55,094 bases of DNA from a virus (Duplodnaviria; Caudoviricetes). The position numbers and the translations under genes are program-made. The notes beneath the pieces are model-generated. The model searched no databases and had not been told where the DNA came from. It saw nothing but the letters and a program-made list of their open reading frames with translations. The stretch lies in the IMG/VR virus record IMGVR_UViG_3300035703_000122, positions 1 through 55,094 of that record, one strand, 5' to 3'. How positions within the stretch are numbered: the first letter of the stretch is position 1; each line of letters opens with the position of its first letter. This document shows positions 17,205-26,395 of this stretch, piece after piece.

Positions 17205-20200
17205 ATGGCATCCATCACCACACGGGCTGGCAAGGGTTCTCCGCTGACCAATGCGGAGCTGGACGCCAACTTCACCAACCTCAACACGGAGCTGGGGCAG
17301 AAGCTGGTTGCTTCTGACCTCAGCCCGTACCTGCTCAGCGCAACAGCCGCGAGCACGTATCAATCGATCCTGGTGTCCGGCACCAGTATCAAGACCGTCA
17401 ATGGACAGTCTGTTCTCGGCTCCGGGAACATCCAGATCGACGGCGGCGTCACGAGCTTCAACACTCGTACTGGCGCGGTAACCCTGTCGTCCGGTGACGT
17501 GACGACGGCTCTCGGATTCACGCCGTACAACAGCACCAACCCGGACGGGTACATCACCAGCTCGGCGCTGTCGAGCTACCTGCCGCTGACCGGTGGCTCG
17601 ATGATGGGGAACGTTTCCTACGTAGGAAACCTCACCACCACCTACGGCCCGAACAACCAAAGCGGCACGCTAAGGATCGGTGGCTTCTCCCGCCAGGACA
17701 CTTCGTTTTCGAGCATCTACGCCTACGGCTCTGGCCTCAACATCGACAGCGCCAACGGCGGAAGCCTGTTCCTGAACACTGGCTCTGGTGGCAGCATCTA
17801 CGGCCCTGGTGGCTCGATCGTCCTGCACACCAACAACATCAGTAGCTGGGCGCTGCCGATCTCTGGCGGAACGCTGACCGGCAATCTGGGCTTCGGCGGC
17901 ACGGGCCGTCGCATCACCGCAGACCTTTCCAACGCCACCGTAGCGAACCGCCTGCTTGTTCAGACCAGCACGGCCAACTCGCAGACGCTGTTCGGCCTGA
18001 TCCCCAGCGGGACTGCACAGAACTCTCAGTTCCAGGCTTACAACTCCTCTGACCCCGCAAATTCCTCGCTGGGCACATTCACCGCCGCGTCCGGCACGAT
18101 TCGAATCGTCTCTGGCTTCACGGGCACGGGCAGCACGCTGCCGATTGTGTTCGTCTTCAACTCGACCGAGGCTGCGCGATTTGCCACGAACGGCAACTTC
18201 CTGGTCGGCACGCAGACTGACGACGGCGTCAACAAGCTGCAAGTCAATGGCAGCGTTGCCATCAGCGGCAACACGGCGCTGCACGCAGGGAACTACTCCA
18301 GCTACGCGCTTCCGTTGACTGGCGGCACGCTAACTACGTCAACCGATCAGTTTCTGACGTTCAACAAGAGCGGCGGGACGGGCTGGAGCTATTTCGGTTT
18401 TGCCCACTCTGGAACCCGTCGCTTCTATTTTGGATTGAACTCTTCGTTCGAGCCGGAACTTGGCGTCGATAACGGAGCAACATTCCGCGTACTCCCGAAC
18501 ATGACGGTTGCCGGGAGTCAAGTCCTCCATGCGGGCAACTACTCCAGCTACGCCCTGCCGCTGACCGGAGGGTCGCTGACAACCGGCGCGACCAACAACA
18601 TCTTCATTGGTCGCAACAGCACCGCGACCGCGTACAACGCCATCTCGCTGAATGGGAACTCGGCGGACTCATCGAACATGGGTTTGACTGGCGGCGGCGG
18701 TAGCGATAGCACGCTGTACGTCAACTCACCCGGCAACATCGTTCTGCGAACAAATGGCTTCGGGCAGACCTACACCCTGAGCAGCAGCGGCTTTAGCGGC
18801 AACGCCGCGACCGCAACGACAGCCAGTTCAGTCAGTGGCCTGACGCTGAATAGCGTTAGCGCACCGATCAACCCCGACAACGTCACGCAGAACCAGATCG
18901 GCTACAACACAAGCGTAAGCCTGTTCGGACAGTCCGATGGCGGTCTGTATTCGTCTGCCTACAGTAGTTCGTGGATTCATCAGATCTACGGCGACTTCCG
19001 CACCGGCCAGATTGCTATTCGCGGCAAGAACAGCGGTGCGTGGCAGGCTTGGCGCACGGTTCTGGACAGTGGCAACTACTCTAGCTACGCCCTCCCGTTG
19101 AGCGGCGGACAGATGTCCGGCCACATCGCGTGGGCAGGTTACAGCGACACCGTCAACGGCAGCTCTTGGTACGGCCTTGGCCGCACAAGCAGCGACCTGC
19201 AAGGATCCGGCTCGACGCAGATGCAGTTGGCGGGCTACTACGGCCTGCGGTTGAGGACGGCCAGCACCATCCTCGACATGAACATGGGCAACGTGTCTCT
19301 CAACCAGACACTGAACGTCACCGGCCCAGCCCTGCGCCAGGGCAACAACCTTGCTCGACCGCTGGCGCAGTGGAGCGCGAGCGGCACCAGCACCGGCATG
19401 GTGTACATCGAGCTGCCGGGTAGCTCGCCAGCCAACTACGGGATGATCCACGCGGTCATCGACGTCTACGAGTACGACGGCAACGCGGCGTCCACCATCA
19501 TCGTCGGCGGACACAACTGGAGCGGCTCTTGGTACAACGTCTCCTGCAACGTCATTGGGCAAACCAATAAGCAGGTGCGTCTTGCCGTCCGGAACGGCAA
19601 GTTTGTAATTTGCCTTGGCGATGCGTCCTCGACGTGGAGCTACGGCACCGTGATGTTGCGGAAGATCCACAACGCTGGGTTCTACGACAACGTCATCGAC
19701 ATGGGCGCGCAGTTCGTGATCGCCCAGACCACGAGCGAAGGGTTGAGCGGATCGAGTGGCGACCTGCGCCAACTTCGCACTCCGTTGAGTATGCGGGCCT
19801 ACTCGTACCAAGGCCACAGCAATGTGGACGGTACTGGCAACGCCTCGTACCACCCGTCCGGCGTTTACTCGACCGGCACAAACTGGCTGTACGGCACCGT
19901 GTACATGAACGGCAACACCATCGAGGGGTGTGGCCGCATGAATGGGCCGTGGTCGTCTTCGGCGCGCTGCTACTCGAACGAGTGGATCGAGTTCCCCAAC
20001 TACAGCGGCCTCTACTCGCCGCTAAACAGCGCCCACTTCTACCCGAACAGCGGCAGCTACGGCTCCTGGCGGATTGCTGGCACTCGCAACGGCTGGTACG
20101 GGCTGCACTTTGATTCAGGCTCGACGCTGATGATGAACAGCGCCACGGTAGGCTTTCATCGCGAGGGCTACGGCTGGCAGATGCGCTGGGACTCCGGCAC

Positions 20201-20792
20201 CGGATACATCAGCAAGGGTAACCCTGGCGGTGGAACTGATGCCCTCATTCTGGATTCGGCCAACTATGGCAGCTACGCCCTGCCTCTAAGCGGCGGGACA
20301 ATGTCCGGCACGATTTACAGCAGCGCCGCATCGCTTGTGATTGGTCAGAATGGTGGTGTCACTCGCGGCTATCTCTACAACGACTCCGCTGGCATTGGGT
20401 TCCTGACCAACGGAGGCAGCTGGGCTGCGTATGTGCCTTACGGCACAAACAACTTCCAGGTCAACGGAAGCCTTACCGCCTCCGGCAACGTCACCGCCTA
20501 CTCCGACGAACGCCTGAAGAAGGACTGGGCTGATCTGCCCGAGGACTTCGTAGAGCGTCTGGCAGAAGTCAAGAACGGCACCTTCACTCGCACCGACAGC
20601 GGTAAGCGTCAGGCAGGCTCGTCGGCTCAGGACTGGCAGAACCTGTTGCCCGAAGTGGTTGAAGTTGGCGCTGACGACGCCAATACGCTGGCGCTTGCCT
20701 ACGGCAACGCGGCCCTGGTGTCCGTGATCGAGCTGGCGAAGGAACTCGTGGCCCTGCGCCGTGAGGTGGCCGCACTCAAGGGAGCGCACTGA
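17205..20792 (+). CDS. Long tail fibre with C-terminal peptidase S74 chaperone
   Basis: N-terminal KGSPLTNAELDANF, repeated YALPLTGG junctions, then YSDERLK and a terminal coiled coil. Confidence 0.9.
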   Translation: MASITTRAGKGSPLTNAELDANFTNLNTELGQKLVASDLSPYLLSATAASTYQSILVSGTSIKTVNGQSVLGSGNIQIDGGVTSFNTRTGAVTLSSGDVTTALGFTPYNSTNPDGYITSSALSSYLPLTGGSMMGNVSYVGNLTTTYGPNNQSGTLRIGGFSRQDTSFSSIYAYGSGLNIDSANGGSLFLNTGSGGSIYGPGGSIVLHTNNISSWALPISGGTLTGNLGFGGTGRRITADLSNATVANRLLVQTSTANSQTLFGLIPSGTAQNSQFQAYNSSDPANSSLGTFTAASGTIRIVSGFTGTGSTLPIVFVFNSTEAARFATNGNFLVGTQTDDGVNKLQVNGSVAISGNTALHAGNYSSYALPLTGGTLTTSTDQFLTFNKSGGTGWSYFGFAHSGTRRFYFGLNSSFEPELGVDNGATFRVLPNMTVAGSQVLHAGNYSSYALPLTGGSLTTGATNNIFIGRNSTATAYNAISLNGNSADSSNMGLTGGGGSDSTLYVNSPGNIVLRTNGFGQTYTLSSSGFSGNAATATTASSVSGLTLNSVSAPINPDNVTQNQIGYNTSVSLFGQSDGGLYSSAYSSSWIHQIYGDFRTGQIAIRGKNSGAWQAWRTVLDSGNYSSYALPLSGGQMSGHIAWAGYSDTVNGSSWYGLGRTSSDLQGSGSTQMQLAGYYGLRLRTASTILDMNMGNVSLNQTLNVTGPALRQGNNLARPLAQWSASGTSTGMVYIELPGSSPANYGMIHAVIDVYEYDGNAASTIIVGGHNWSGSWYNVSCNVIGQTNKQVRLAVRNGKFVICLGDASSTWSYGTVMLRKIHNAGFYDNVIDMGAQFVIAQTTSEGLSGSSGDLRQLRTPLSMRAYSYQGHSNVDGTGNASYHPSGVYSTGTNWLYGTVYMNGNTIEGCGRMNGPWSSSARCYSNEWIEFPNYSGLYSPLNSAHFYPNSGSYGSWRIAGTRNGWYGLHFDSGSTLMMNSATVGFHREGYGWQMRWDSGTGYISKGNPGGGTDALILDSANYGSYALPLSGGTMSGTIYSSAASLVIGQNGGVTRGYLYNDSAGIGFLTNGGSWAAYVPYGTNNFQVNGSLTASGNVTAYSDERLKKDWADLPEDFVERLAEVKNGTFTRTDSGKRQAGSSAQDWQNLLPEVVEVGADDANTLALAYGNAALVSVIELAKELVALRREVAALKGAH

Positions 20793-21745
20793 TGCCGTTG
20801 CCATCATCCGGCGAGATCAGCCTGTCCCAGGTCAACACTGAACTGGGACGCAGCGCCTCGGCCACGATCAGCATGGATGAAAGCGCCGTGCGCGGCCTGT
20901 TTGGTGTTGCCAGCGGGGCGATTGCGATGAGCAACGGCTACGGCAAGAGCAACGCCAAGTACAGCGGCACGATCTCCTGGACTGCTGGCGCTGGTGGGTA
21001 TGGAGCCTCATACAGCGGGTCTGCTGGCGGACAGTCATCTGCCAGCTTTAATGGCCGAACCATCTATGGCTATGGTGGATCCGGTGGCTTGTACGCAAAT
21101 GCTGGTTACGAAGGAGCGCAGCCGGGTGGCTCGGGAACAAATGGCGATTACAACGCGACAGGCGGCAGCGGGGGCTATTCCGTCGGTGACAACGGAAGCG
21201 GTGGTGGTGGTGGCATCAATGGGGCGAATGGCGCAGGCTACCTAGTCAGCGGAAAAGCTGGCGGTAATGGTGGCTCGCCGGGAGACTTCTACGGCTTGAA
21301 TGCGGCACTTGCGCGCGTGGGTCGCAGCCTCGGAGGAGGCGGCGCAGGCAGCGACGCTACAAGCTCAAACGCCGACTATAAAACCGGCGGCACCGGTGGC
21401 CTTGGCGCAGGCGGCGGCGGCGCAGGTTGGTACGGCGGCGACGGCGGCTCTGGCGGACTTGGCGGAGGTGGCGGCGGCAGCTCTGCATACCAACGAGCCA
21501 CCACTGGAGGCAACGGCGGCGGCGGCTTCGTCGTGATTGAGCTGAACGGCGATACAACCATTTTCTTCGAGGCCGGAGTTGGATCTTCCAACAGCGGAAC
21601 CTACACACTTCCTGGCGGAGTGCAGAGCCTGAAGATCTGGGTAGTCGGTGGCGGCGGTGGTGGTGGTGGTTGCCCGAATGGCTACGACTCCGAATCCGCC
21701 AGCGGCGGCGGAGCTGGCGGCATGGCGCTCGCAACCTTCTATTGA
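20792..21745 (+). CDS. Glycine-rich fibre-tip adhesin (gp38-like arrangement)
   Basis: MPLPSSGEISLSQVNTELG N-terminus and many poly-Gly tracts. Follows the S74-bearing fibre. Confidence 0.75.
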   Translation: MPLPSSGEISLSQVNTELGRSASATISMDESAVRGLFGVASGAIAMSNGYGKSNAKYSGTISWTAGAGGYGASYSGSAGGQSSASFNGRTIYGYGGSGGLYANAGYEGAQPGGSGTNGDYNATGGSGGYSVGDNGSGGGGGINGANGAGYLVSGKAGGNGGSPGDFYGLNAALARVGRSLGGGGAGSDATSSNADYKTGGTGGLGAGGGGAGWYGGDGGSGGLGGGGGGSSAYQRATTGGNGGGGFVVIELNGDTTIFFEAGVGSSNSGTYTLPGGVQSLKIWVVGGGGGGGGCPNGYDSESASGGGAGGMALATFY

Positions 21746-21760
21746 TTCAACGGAGAGCTT

Positions 21761-22054
21761 ATGCCAGCAATCTTCAGAACCACGATTGACGGCCTGGATA
21801 CCGCAAACGAAGGCAGTCTTGTTGGCGTGGTAAAGCGCGTCCACTTTCTGGTATCCGGCACTCAGGACAACAGAATTTTGTCCACAGCCCACTCTGTTGA
21901 TACCGGGCCAGCGGATCCAAACAATTTCACGCCCCTGCACCAACTGTCTAAGGACGACATTCTTGCTTGGGTAGACAGTCTGTTCGCAGAACAGATGCCA
22001 GTCGTCAAGGCTGCAATTCAAAGCGATCTTGACCTTCTCAGCAGCAACCAGTGA
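21761..22054 (+). CDS. Tail fibre accessory protein, paralog A
   Basis: EGSLVGVVKRVHF...ADPNNFTPLHQLSKDDILAWV. Confidence 0.65.
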   Translation: MPAIFRTTIDGLDTANEGSLVGVVKRVHFLVSGTQDNRILSTAHSVDTGPADPNNFTPLHQLSKDDILAWVDSLFAEQMPVVKAAIQSDLDLLSSNQ

Positions 22055-22061
22055 GGAAAAC

Positions 22062-22409
22062 ATGCCTGCAAACTTCACCATCACCGTCAACCGCGTCTTC
22101 ACCGAGACCGAGGGCAATCTCACCAATGTGGTGAAGAAGGCCGAGTGGACTCTGACCGGCACCCAGGAAGGCCAGACCTTCAGCCTGCCGCAGACCACCG
22201 ACATGAACTCCGCCGACCCCAACGACTTCGTGTCGTTCGAGAACTTGACGGAGGCCAACGTCATTGCCTGGATCGAGGGTGCCTGCCCGAGCATGGATGC
22301 CATCGAGGCTCACATCCAGTTGGTGCTCGACCGCGAGTGCGCCAAGGCTGCACTGGAATCTCCTGCGTTGCCCTGGGCACCAGAACCGCAAGCCGAGCCT
22401 GTTACTTGA
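22062..22409 (+). CDS. Tail fibre accessory protein, paralog B
   Basis: EGNLTNVVKKAEW...ADPNDFVSFENLTEANVIAWI...LPW. Confidence 0.75.
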   Translation: MPANFTITVNRVFTETEGNLTNVVKKAEWTLTGTQEGQTFSLPQTTDMNSADPNDFVSFENLTEANVIAWIEGACPSMDAIEAHIQLVLDRECAKAALESPALPWAPEPQAEPVT

Positions 22410-22446
22410 TTTGGTACTTAGGCGTGAGGCAGTCCAGGAGATAAGA

Positions 22447-22674
22447 ATGAGTACGGCGCACGACACCGCCGCTGGAGCGGTGATGAACAAGGCGGCATCT
22501 GCGGCTACCTATGGCGGCTCTGGTGCTGCTGTTTACTTTGGCATGAGCGCCAATGAGATCGCTGCATTTGGTGGCCTGTTGATTGCCGCAGTCGGTCTGT
22601 TGATTAACTGGTGGTACAAGCATCAGCACCTCAAGCTGGCTCGCACAAAGCTCGAAGAGGAAGAGTCCCAATGA
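22447..22674 (+). CDS. Holin
   Basis: 75 aa with two hydrophobic segments and an LINWWYK end, upstream of the lysozyme. Confidence 0.8.
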   Translation: MSTAHDTAAGAVMNKAASAATYGGSGAAVYFGMSANEIAAFGGLLIAAVGLLINWWYKHQHLKLARTKLEEEESQ

Positions 22675-23177
22675 GCAACGCTCGCGTCCTTGTTGCTGGG
22701 CTTACGCTCTCGATGGCTGCGTTCGTGGGAATTGCAGTCAACGAGGGCTATGTCGATCGAGCCATGATTCCGACTAAGAACGATGTTCCCACGGTGGGAC
22801 TCGGCTCGACCTCGTATGAGGATGGCAGCAAGGTGCGACTCGGCGACCGAATCACACCCGTTCGCGCAATCGTCCTGGCATCGAACCACATTACTAAGGA
22901 AGAGCAGGTGTTTCGCGCTTCTCTTCCTGGCGTGAAGATGCACCAGGGCGAATACGACCTGTATGTGGATTGGGTCTACCAGTACGGCACGGGCCGGTGG
23001 AGCACGTCATCTATGCGGCGGCATTTGCTTGCCGGTAGATACAAGGAGGCTTGTGATGCCCTGCTTCTCTACAAGTTCTCGGGTGGGTATGACTGCTCGA
23101 CACCCGGCAACAAAGTGTGTGCCGGCGTGTGGACTCGGCAGCTTGAGCGCCACCAAACCTGCATGAGCTTCCAGTGA
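22671..23177 (+). CDS. SAR-type endolysin (GH24 lysozyme)
   Basis: N-terminal hydrophobic helix followed by NEGY...DVPTVGLGST catalytic region and GVWTR. Confidence 0.85.
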   Translation: MSNARVLVAGLTLSMAAFVGIAVNEGYVDRAMIPTKNDVPTVGLGSTSYEDGSKVRLGDRITPVRAIVLASNHITKEEQVFRASLPGVKMHQGEYDLYVDWVYQYGTGRWSTSSMRRHLLAGRYKEACDALLLYKFSGGYDCSTPGNKVCAGVWTRQLERHQTCMSFQ

Positions 23178-23668
23178 TCTACCTGCTCAACCCCCGCACT
23201 TGGATTGCTGCACTCGTTGTGGCGATTCTTGCGTTCACGCACTTCTCGGCTTACCGGCTTGGAAAGGGAGCTTTGAAGCGAGAGTGGGACAGATCTGTTG
23301 CGGAACAGAAAGAGGCTGTTATCAAGGCGCAGGAACAGGCGCGACAGATTGAACAGTCTCTGGTTGCTGCACTGCACAACACGGAGAAGAAATATGTTGA
23401 ACAGAGGCAAAAGGCAAATCTGGCCGCTGCTGGCGCTAGTGCTGAGCTTGAGCGGCTGCGCAACGCAATCGCAGTTCGTGAGCGTGCCGCCACCCAAGAT
23501 TCCGCCCCCACCACCCGAGCTGATGGTGGAGCCGGACTTGAGTCAGACCTACTCGGACATTGTGCAAAAGCTCTTGTTGGATTGGCACAGGAGGCTGACA
23601 GATTGGAAGCGGTCGTCGTAGGCCTTCAAGGCTATGTGAAGAGCGTCTGTCAAGCAAAGCAGGACTGA
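23174..23668 (+). CDS. Inner-membrane spanin (Rz-like)
   Basis: N-terminal TM helix plus coiled coil, following the endolysin. Confidence 0.8.
   Translation: MIYLLNPRTWIAALVVAILAFTHFSAYRLGKGALKREWDRSVAEQKEAVIKAQEQARQIEQSLVAALHNTEKKYVEQRQKANLAAAGASAELERLRNAIAVRERAATQDSAPTTRADGGAGLESDLLGHCAKALVGLAQEADRLEAVVVGLQGYVKSVCQAKQD
23394..23621 (+). CDS. Outer-membrane spanin (Rz1-like), embedded in the +1 frame
   Basis: Lipobox LSLSG-C followed by Pro-rich PPPKIPPPPPELM. Confidence 0.8.
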   Translation: MLNRGKRQIWPLLALVLSLSGCATQSQFVSVPPPKIPPPPPELMVEPDLSQTYSDIVQKLLLDWHRRLTDWKRSS

Positions 23669-23671
23669 ATC

Positions 23672-26395
23672 ATGGCACTGATCGCAATGAAATCCTTCGG
23701 CGGTATGAGGCCGATTGCCAACCCGCTCCTGCTGAACGGGTCAGACGCGCAGCTTGCGCAGAATGTCCGTCTGATCTCCGGGGCTATAGCGGCGTTGCGC
23801 GGAACCACGACACTGAAGTCGACAACCACGCTGGCTCCGCAGACGATCTACCGGTACGGAACTGGCGCAACAGAGGCGAACTACTGGCTGGAGTTTGCCG
23901 GTGACGTCGATGTCGTCCGCTCACCGATCGCCCAGGATCAATGGGATCGCCTGTACTGGACTGACGGCGTCACCGCCAAGTACGCGCCAAACAGTCTGAT
24001 TCTGTCCGGCGCGAGCTACCCCGGTGGCTCGTACACCCTCGGCGTCCCGAAGCCTTCTGCTGCCCCGAGCATCACGGCCTCGACCCTGGTGCCGACCTAC
24101 ACCAAGGTCTCGCGCCAGTACGTCCTGACCTACTACAACCCGACCACCAGCAAGGAGTCGAGCGCCTCCGCGCCGATCACGGTTCAGGCTGTTGACAGCT
24201 TCAAGGTCACCCTGACGCTGCCGACCTCCAACAACGGCGACTCCGGCATCACCAAGAAGCGTTTGTACCGTCAGGTGTCAGGAACCTATCGCCGCGTGGC
24301 CGAGATCAACCTGGATGTCGCCAAGTACGAGGACAGCGCCACCGACGCCTCGCTGGCCGCTGCCACGGCTTTGCCGAGCGGCGTGGAGGCTCGCCCCTCT
24401 GCCCCGACATCCGCGCCGTCAGCCTCTGCTCCGACCGTGACGCCGACCTCGGCTGGCATCTCCCGGCAGTATGTCTACACGGTCAAGAACGTGTCGATCA
24501 ACATCGGCTCAGAGACCGAATACTTCACCGAATCTGTTGGCAGCAATGCAGTCACGGTCACGGCAGACACCACACAGACGGTGACGATCTCCGGTCTGGC
24601 CTCCACTGGCGTGACGGTGGTCGGCGCTGCCACCTTCCGCGTTTACCGCAAGGACGCAACCGACACTCTGTTCCGCTTCGTTGGCGAGACCACTGGCGCT
24701 ACGTTCACCGACGTCATCGCGAACAGCCCGAACCCGACAAGCCTCCCGGCCTACGAGCCTGATGCGCCGTCGACGGTCAAGCCTTCGTCCAACCCCACCG
24801 CATCTGCCTCCACCTCTACGGCGACCTCGGTGGTCAAGCGCATCTACGCCGTCACATTCGCTGATGCGTCCGGCAACGAGTCGAGCCTAAGTCCGGCGAG
24901 CAATGTGATCGACGCTATCAACGGTCAGACCACGGTCACGGTTCGGCACACCGAGAGCACACCGACTGGCGCAACCAAACGCCGCCTGTATCGACAGACT
25001 GTCACGTTCACCAACGGGGCAATGGTGTCGAGTGACGCCAACTACAAGCTGGTCACTGAGGTCGCCGCCAACACCACGTCCTTCTCGGACAACGTGGCGG
25101 ACGCCAGCCTGGGCGCAACCGTTTCGAACACCTTGCAGGGCTTGCCTTCGGCTCCCACCGGATCCGGCTCGGCCAATGCAGAGATCCCGGCCACCGTGGT
25201 ACCCGAGTCGCGCACCTACGTCTACACCTTCGTGTCGGCCTACGACGAGGAGGGGCCTCCGTCAGACGCATCCACCGTGGTTGCACTTGACCCGTCGAAG
25301 TCTGTCACGGTTCTGTTACCGTCTGGTGCTCCAGCAGGTTCGTACAACTTGACCAAGAAGCGTCTGTATCGCTCATCGACTGTCGGCAATCAGGCCCAGT
25401 TCCAGTTCGTGAAGGAGGTTTCGATTGCGACCTCCAGCACGACGGACGAGATTGCGCAGGCAGACCTTGGCGAGGTACTGCCTTCCGAAGACTGGACTCC
25501 TCCTCCTGCTGGTCTCAAGGGCCTGCGGATGATGGCCAACGGTGTGGCTGTTGGCTTCGTTGGAAACACGGTGTGGATGTCCGAGCCGTACCTTCCGCAC
25601 GCTTGGCCGCATAGCTACCCGATCGACGCTGACATCGTTGGCATCGCCACGTTCGGACAGACGGTGGTGGTGGCGACCAAGTCCTTCCCGTACATGTTGC
25701 AGGGTGTCGATCCTGCCGCAATGTCAACGCAGAAGCTCGAGCTGCGCCAAGCCTGTGTGTCGAAGCGATCCATCGTGGAGACGGGCGAGGGCGTCCTGTT
25801 CGCATCTCCTGACGGCATCGTGTCAATCGGCGCTGGGGGTGTGCAGTTGATCACCCAGAACGTCCTGTCGCGAGATCAGTGGCAGGCGTACAAGCCGGAC
25901 TCGATGCACGCCTACCTACACAACGGTCGGTGGCACGGGTTCTACAACACCGGCTCTCAGCGCGGCCTGCTTATCTTCGACTTCACAGGTCAGGGCGCGT
26001 ACATGACCGTGTCCAACCTGGGCGCAGTCGGGGCGCAGGAGGTTGTCTCCGGGTTCCAGGACGCATCGACCGACACCCTGTATTTGGTGCAGGGCGGCAA
26101 CATCGTTCGCTTTGATGCCGGAAGTCCGCTTCCGTACCTCTGGCGATCCAAGATCTTCCGCAGTCCACAGCATGTGAACTTCTCTGCGGCTCAGGTTCGA
26201 GCCTCGGCCTATCCGGTGCAGTTGAAAGTCTATGCGGATGGCGCTCTCAAGCTGACGAAGAGCGTGGCGTCAGAGGCTCATTTTCGTTTGCCAGCCGGGT
26301 TCAAGGCCTTGGACTGGTACGTCGAGATCGAGGGAACCAGTGACGTCACTGAGTTCTTCATGGCCACGTCTGTTGCGGAGCTGATGCAGGTATGA
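23672..26395 (+). CDS. Tail nozzle / tubular B-like (gp10-type) protein
   Basis: FGGMRP N-terminus, WMSEPYLPHAWP, FASPDG and WRSK, with three inserted ...KRLYR modules. Confidence 0.8.
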   Translation: MALIAMKSFGGMRPIANPLLLNGSDAQLAQNVRLISGAIAALRGTTTLKSTTTLAPQTIYRYGTGATEANYWLEFAGDVDVVRSPIAQDQWDRLYWTDGVTAKYAPNSLILSGASYPGGSYTLGVPKPSAAPSITASTLVPTYTKVSRQYVLTYYNPTTSKESSASAPITVQAVDSFKVTLTLPTSNNGDSGITKKRLYRQVSGTYRRVAEINLDVAKYEDSATDASLAAATALPSGVEARPSAPTSAPSASAPTVTPTSAGISRQYVYTVKNVSINIGSETEYFTESVGSNAVTVTADTTQTVTISGLASTGVTVVGAATFRVYRKDATDTLFRFVGETTGATFTDVIANSPNPTSLPAYEPDAPSTVKPSSNPTASASTSTATSVVKRIYAVTFADASGNESSLSPASNVIDAINGQTTVTVRHTESTPTGATKRRLYRQTVTFTNGAMVSSDANYKLVTEVAANTTSFSDNVADASLGATVSNTLQGLPSAPTGSGSANAEIPATVVPESRTYVYTFVSAYDEEGPPSDASTVVALDPSKSVTVLLPSGAPAGSYNLTKKRLYRSSTVGNQAQFQFVKEVSIATSSTTDEIAQADLGEVLPSEDWTPPPAGLKGLRMMANGVAVGFVGNTVWMSEPYLPHAWPHSYPIDADIVGIATFGQTVVVATKSFPYMLQGVDPAAMSTQKLELRQACVSKRSIVETGEGVLFASPDGIVSIGAGGVQLITQNVLSRDQWQAYKPDSMHAYLHNGRWHGFYNTGSQRGLLIFDFTGQGAYMTVSNLGAVGAQEVVSGFQDASTDTLYLVQGGNIVRFDAGSPLPYLWRSKIFRSPQHVNFSAAQVRASAYPVQLKVYADGALKLTKSVASEAHFRLPAGFKALDWYVEIEGTSDVTEFFMATSVAELMQV

